Assembly (NCBI GenBank): GCA_000004985.1
Contig: GG739351.1
DNA: 1,675 nt
Strand: one strand, 5' to 3'
Origin: Naegleria gruberi
Lineage: Eukaryota
This document shows, piece by piece, positions 1-1,675 of this stretch. The position numbers and the translations under genes were made by a program. The notes under the pieces are model-generated. The model did not search any database. It worked only from the letters and a program-made list of their open reading frames with translations, and had not been told where the DNA came from. Each line of letters begins with the position of its first letter. Position 1 is the stretch's first letter.

Positions 1-2
1 AT

Positions 3-1025
3 GAGTCACCTGAACTTTCTATTGTTTCTTTTAGAGAGTCTGTACACTATTCATCATTGGCTCATCCCATAGACCTTTGTACCAAAATTTCCAAATCACT
101 TATTGCTTTATATGCAGTTGGTGAAGGGCAGGTTGAATTGGCTTCTCATTATTTAAAATATATTAAGGAATTTCAAAATGATCCGCTTTTGGATAATGTT
201 AAAAAAATGAAATTTGAAATGCTTGCCTCCAAAATTGAGTCCCACATCTCAGCTGGAGATGATGATGTGGAGAGCTTGAAAATAGTATGGAAACTCTTTA
301 CCAAGTTTTATGATGTTTACGTAAACGACAACAAGTATGATTTACAATCAATCAACAATGGTGTTTCGTTAGAAAATGCTCCAATTACAATATCTCTAAT
401 ATGTTCAGTTAGAGAATTACTCTACAACATGATTTCTAATAAGAGCCTCACTAACAACCAAAAACATATCAAACATGCCAGTATTGAACTGATGCACCTT
501 TACGGTATTTATTCCACATTTAAATACTTAAACTTGCAAGTCCATGCTATGAAAGAAATAGTTGAGAAGGTGGAATTATTGTTAACCGATTTGCCATTAT
601 TGCTTCCCCTTTATTCATTTCATAATTTGGCAGTTTTTGTCTACTATAGAATTAACCAATTTGATTCTGTTCGAAAGAACGTGATTGAAAAACTCGTACA
701 TGGAAGAAATATTAGGGATGTATTTGAGGATGAAGAAGAACGAATTTATTTTGAAAAAGTTTTACTTCACATCAATTTGGTGAATTCCTTCTCTTCCAGA
801 TATCGTATGATACCTAAACTCTTTCCTAGACTTGTAAGAGAACTAAATTCAATCGTCAAGTGGAAATTTGACCTTCAAATGACTTGTCTTAAACCTTGCA
901 TCACAGATGAAATGCCCACCAATATTATGCCCAAAGAAACAACTACAGACGATCAAAGATATCAATCGTGCTTTGAAAGGTATAGGGCTAGCATCAGAGA
1001 AAATATTGGGTCTTATGGATTTTAA
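3..1025 (+). CDS. 5'-partial CDS for the C-terminal ~340 aa of a larger, predominantly alpha-helical protein of unknown function. The frame is open to the left window edge and the stop is TAA at 1023-1025.
   Basis: Frame 3 has no stop codon from position 3 through 1022. The track's start at 57 is TTG, which is not a eukaryotic start. The first in-frame ATG is at 207, yet about 68 stop-free codons lie upstream of it in AT-rich DNA. That is very unlikely by chance, so the gene continues 5' of the window. The amino-acid composition is balanced and globular-like with hydrophobic-rich helical segments such as LLLTDLPLLLPLYSF and VLLHINLVNSF, and there are no low-complexity runs. I cannot recognise the family from memory. 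Confidence 0.8.
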   Translation, partial: ESPELSIVSFRESVHYSSLAHPIDLCTKISKSLIALYAVGEGQVELASHYLKYIKEFQNDPLLDNVKKMKFEMLASKIESHISAGDDDVESLKIVWKLFTKFYDVYVNDNKYDLQSINNGVSLENAPITISLICSVRELLYNMISNKSLTNNQKHIKHASIELMHLYGIYSTFKYLNLQVHAMKEIVEKVELLLTDLPLLLPLYSFHNLAVFVYYRINQFDSVRKNVIEKLVHGRNIRDVFEDEEERIYFEKVLLHINLVNSFSSRYRMIPKLFPRLVRELNSIVKWKFDLQMTCLKPCITDEMPTNIMPKETTTDDQRYQSCFERYRASIRENIGSYGF

Positions 1026-1125
1026 AGCATACTTTCAATTTGAATTAAGGAAGGATATCCTTATTTGAAAGAGACATATGTAATTATTGTGAATATTCAG
1101 AAATACTTAGTGGGACATAAATCGT
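1026..1125. terminator. Shared 100-bp convergent 3' intergenic region, putatively holding the 3'-UTRs and polyadenylation/termination signals of both genes.
   Basis: This region lies between the TAA stop of the + gene (1023-1025) and the stop of the - gene (1126-1128). It is AT-rich. It contains TATGTA (1077-1082), which matches the yeast polyadenylation efficiency-element consensus. The motif is embedded in the palindrome ACATATGT (1074-1081), so a TATGT-type element reads on both strands. A-rich positioning-like stretches such as GAAAGAGA and CAGAAATAC lie downstream. This is a functional inference only. Confidence 0.4.
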
Positions 1126-1662
1126 TTACTTTCGTTTTTTATTCTTCTTATTCTTGCTGTTGGAGAAATCGTGATCATCCTCTTCAATATGTTTAGATGA
1201 AGAGGCTGATGGTTTGGTCAATACTTTTCTTGTGGAATTCTTGACAAGGGATCCAGTTTTACTATCGAATGCATAGTTTCCCATAATTCCAGATTTCAAA
1301 TCGACGTTTAACCAATCGTAGACTTTGGACTTTTTAGTTTCGAATGCTTTTGGTTCGCTCACTTGGAAAATCTTTGTTTGTAAGAAAATTTTGTAACATT
1401 CGTAAGCAACATTCTTTTGAGATTCGATTTGTTCTTGCTCTGATTGTGGTTTCTCAGTAGGCTTAATTGGTGCAAATTTCATTCCTGAAATGTCGAATGA
1501 AATATTTTGGGTTGGTTGCTCTTCCTCAATTATTACTAGATTGGAAGTTTGCTGAATAGTTTCTTCCAATTTTTTCTCCTCCTTTTCTCCATCTGATTCA
1601 TTGTCGAGTTTGGCATCTTGCTCGGCATCTTCAATTTCTTCCTCTTGGAGAACGCTCCACAT
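1126..1662 (-). CDS. Small protein of 178 aa from the first ATG, charge-segregated. It has an acidic Glu/Asp-rich N-terminal region, a central region with aromatics (YDWLNVDLKSGIMGNYAFDSKTG), and a C-terminal Lys-rich NLS-like tail (KNKKNKKRK). It is probably a nuclear or nucleolar factor.
   Basis: A 537-nt ORF on the minus strand ends with TAA, seen as the reverse complement of 1126-1128. The ATG at 1660-1662 (reverse complement) has A at -3, giving the yeast-favourable context AAT ATG. The frame is still open for the 4 codons between that ATG and the window edge, so the start could lie further upstream, outside the window. Codon usage matches ORF 1. The C-terminal basic cluster KNKKNKKRK resembles a classical monopartite or bipartite NLS. 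Confidence 0.7.
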   Translation of the reverse strand: MWSVLQEEEIEDAEQDAKLDNESDGEKEEKKLEETIQQTSNLVIIEEEQPTQNISFDISGMKFAPIKPTEKPQSEQEQIESQKNVAYECYKIFLQTKIFQVSEPKAFETKKSKVYDWLNVDLKSGIMGNYAFDSKTGSLVKNSTRKVLTKPSASSSKHIEEDDHDFSNSKNKKNKKRK

Positions 1663-1675
1663 ATTTCCTCTTGAT

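Noticed and set aside
1-84. The window begins with an ATG in frame 1 (ATGAGTCACCTG...). This gives a 27-codon ORF that ends at the TAG at 82-84.
   Set aside because: It is too short. It fully overlaps the much longer open frame 3 that continues to 1025. A chance ATG at the window boundary is the simplest explanation.
286-460. Possible spliceosomal intron signals: GTATGG (286-291) and GTATGA (335-340, 805-810) as 5' splice-site-like hexamers, and CACTAAC (449-455) as a near-match to the yeast branch point TACTAAC.
   Set aside because: None matches the strict yeast consensus GTATGT or TACTAAC. The reading frame is continuous through all of them with protein-like translation. There is no frame break that would require an intron.
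57-1025. Candidate family assignments for ORF 1 from helical motifs: nucleoporin, gamma-tubulin complex, tethering-complex subunit, or separase C-terminus.
   Set aside because: I cannot recall a diagnostic motif that matches. There is no His/Cys catalytic dyad context for separase and no recognisable GRIP motif. Naming a family would be a guess.
1126-1160. Short repeats TTCTTATTCTT and TTTTTTATTCTTCTTATTCTTGC at the 3' end of the minus-strand gene. They could be mistaken for a poly-pyrimidine regulatory tract or a microsatellite.
   Set aside because: On the minus strand this is simply the AAG/AAT/AAA codon run that encodes the KNKKNKKRK tail. It is coding low-complexity sequence, not an independent repeat element.
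1-1675. Prokaryotic-type features: CRISPR repeats, tRNA or ncRNA genes, IS or transposon inverted repeats, toxin-antitoxin or defence-system gene pairs, Shine-Dalgarno-linked overlapping ORFs.
   Set aside because: There are no direct repeats of CRISPR size or spacing and no cloverleaf-compatible tRNA-like segments. There are no terminal inverted repeats. The gene organisation (convergent, spacer-separated, TTG/TTA-biased codons, no RBS) is eukaryotic and yeast-like. Nothing supports a novel prokaryotic system here.

Overview
This is AT-rich DNA (roughly one-third G+C by eye). Its codon usage looks eukaryotic and yeast-like, with Leu mostly TTG/TTA and frequent AAA/AAT/GAA codons. There are no Shine-Dalgarno-like spacings and no operon-like packing. 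The window holds two long convergent (tail-to-tail) ORFs separated by a 100-bp AT-rich spacer. ORF 1 is on the + strand in frame 3, open from the left window edge to a TAA at 1023-1025. The 57 coordinate in the supplied track is a TTG pseudo-start. The real gene almost certainly continues 5' of the window, so this is the C-terminal ~340 aa of a larger alpha-helical protein that I cannot confidently name. ORF 2 is on the - strand (1126..1662, 178 aa) and encodes a charge-segregated, low-complexity protein. It has an acidic Glu/Asp-rich N-terminus and a Lys-rich C-terminal tail (KNKKNKKRK) that looks like a classical nuclear localisation signal. That suggests a small nuclear or nucleolar factor. 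Its reading frame is still open at the right window edge, so the true start is uncertain. The spacer (1026..1125) must carry the 3'-end formation and polyadenylation signals for both genes. It contains a TATGTA efficiency-element-like motif inside a CATATG palindrome, so the motif reads the same on both strands. I see no RNA genes, CRISPR arrays, transposon ends, long repeats or prokaryotic defence or mobile signatures. Honest assessment: this is an ordinary eukaryotic gene-pair region, and nothing here supports a claim of a novel system.
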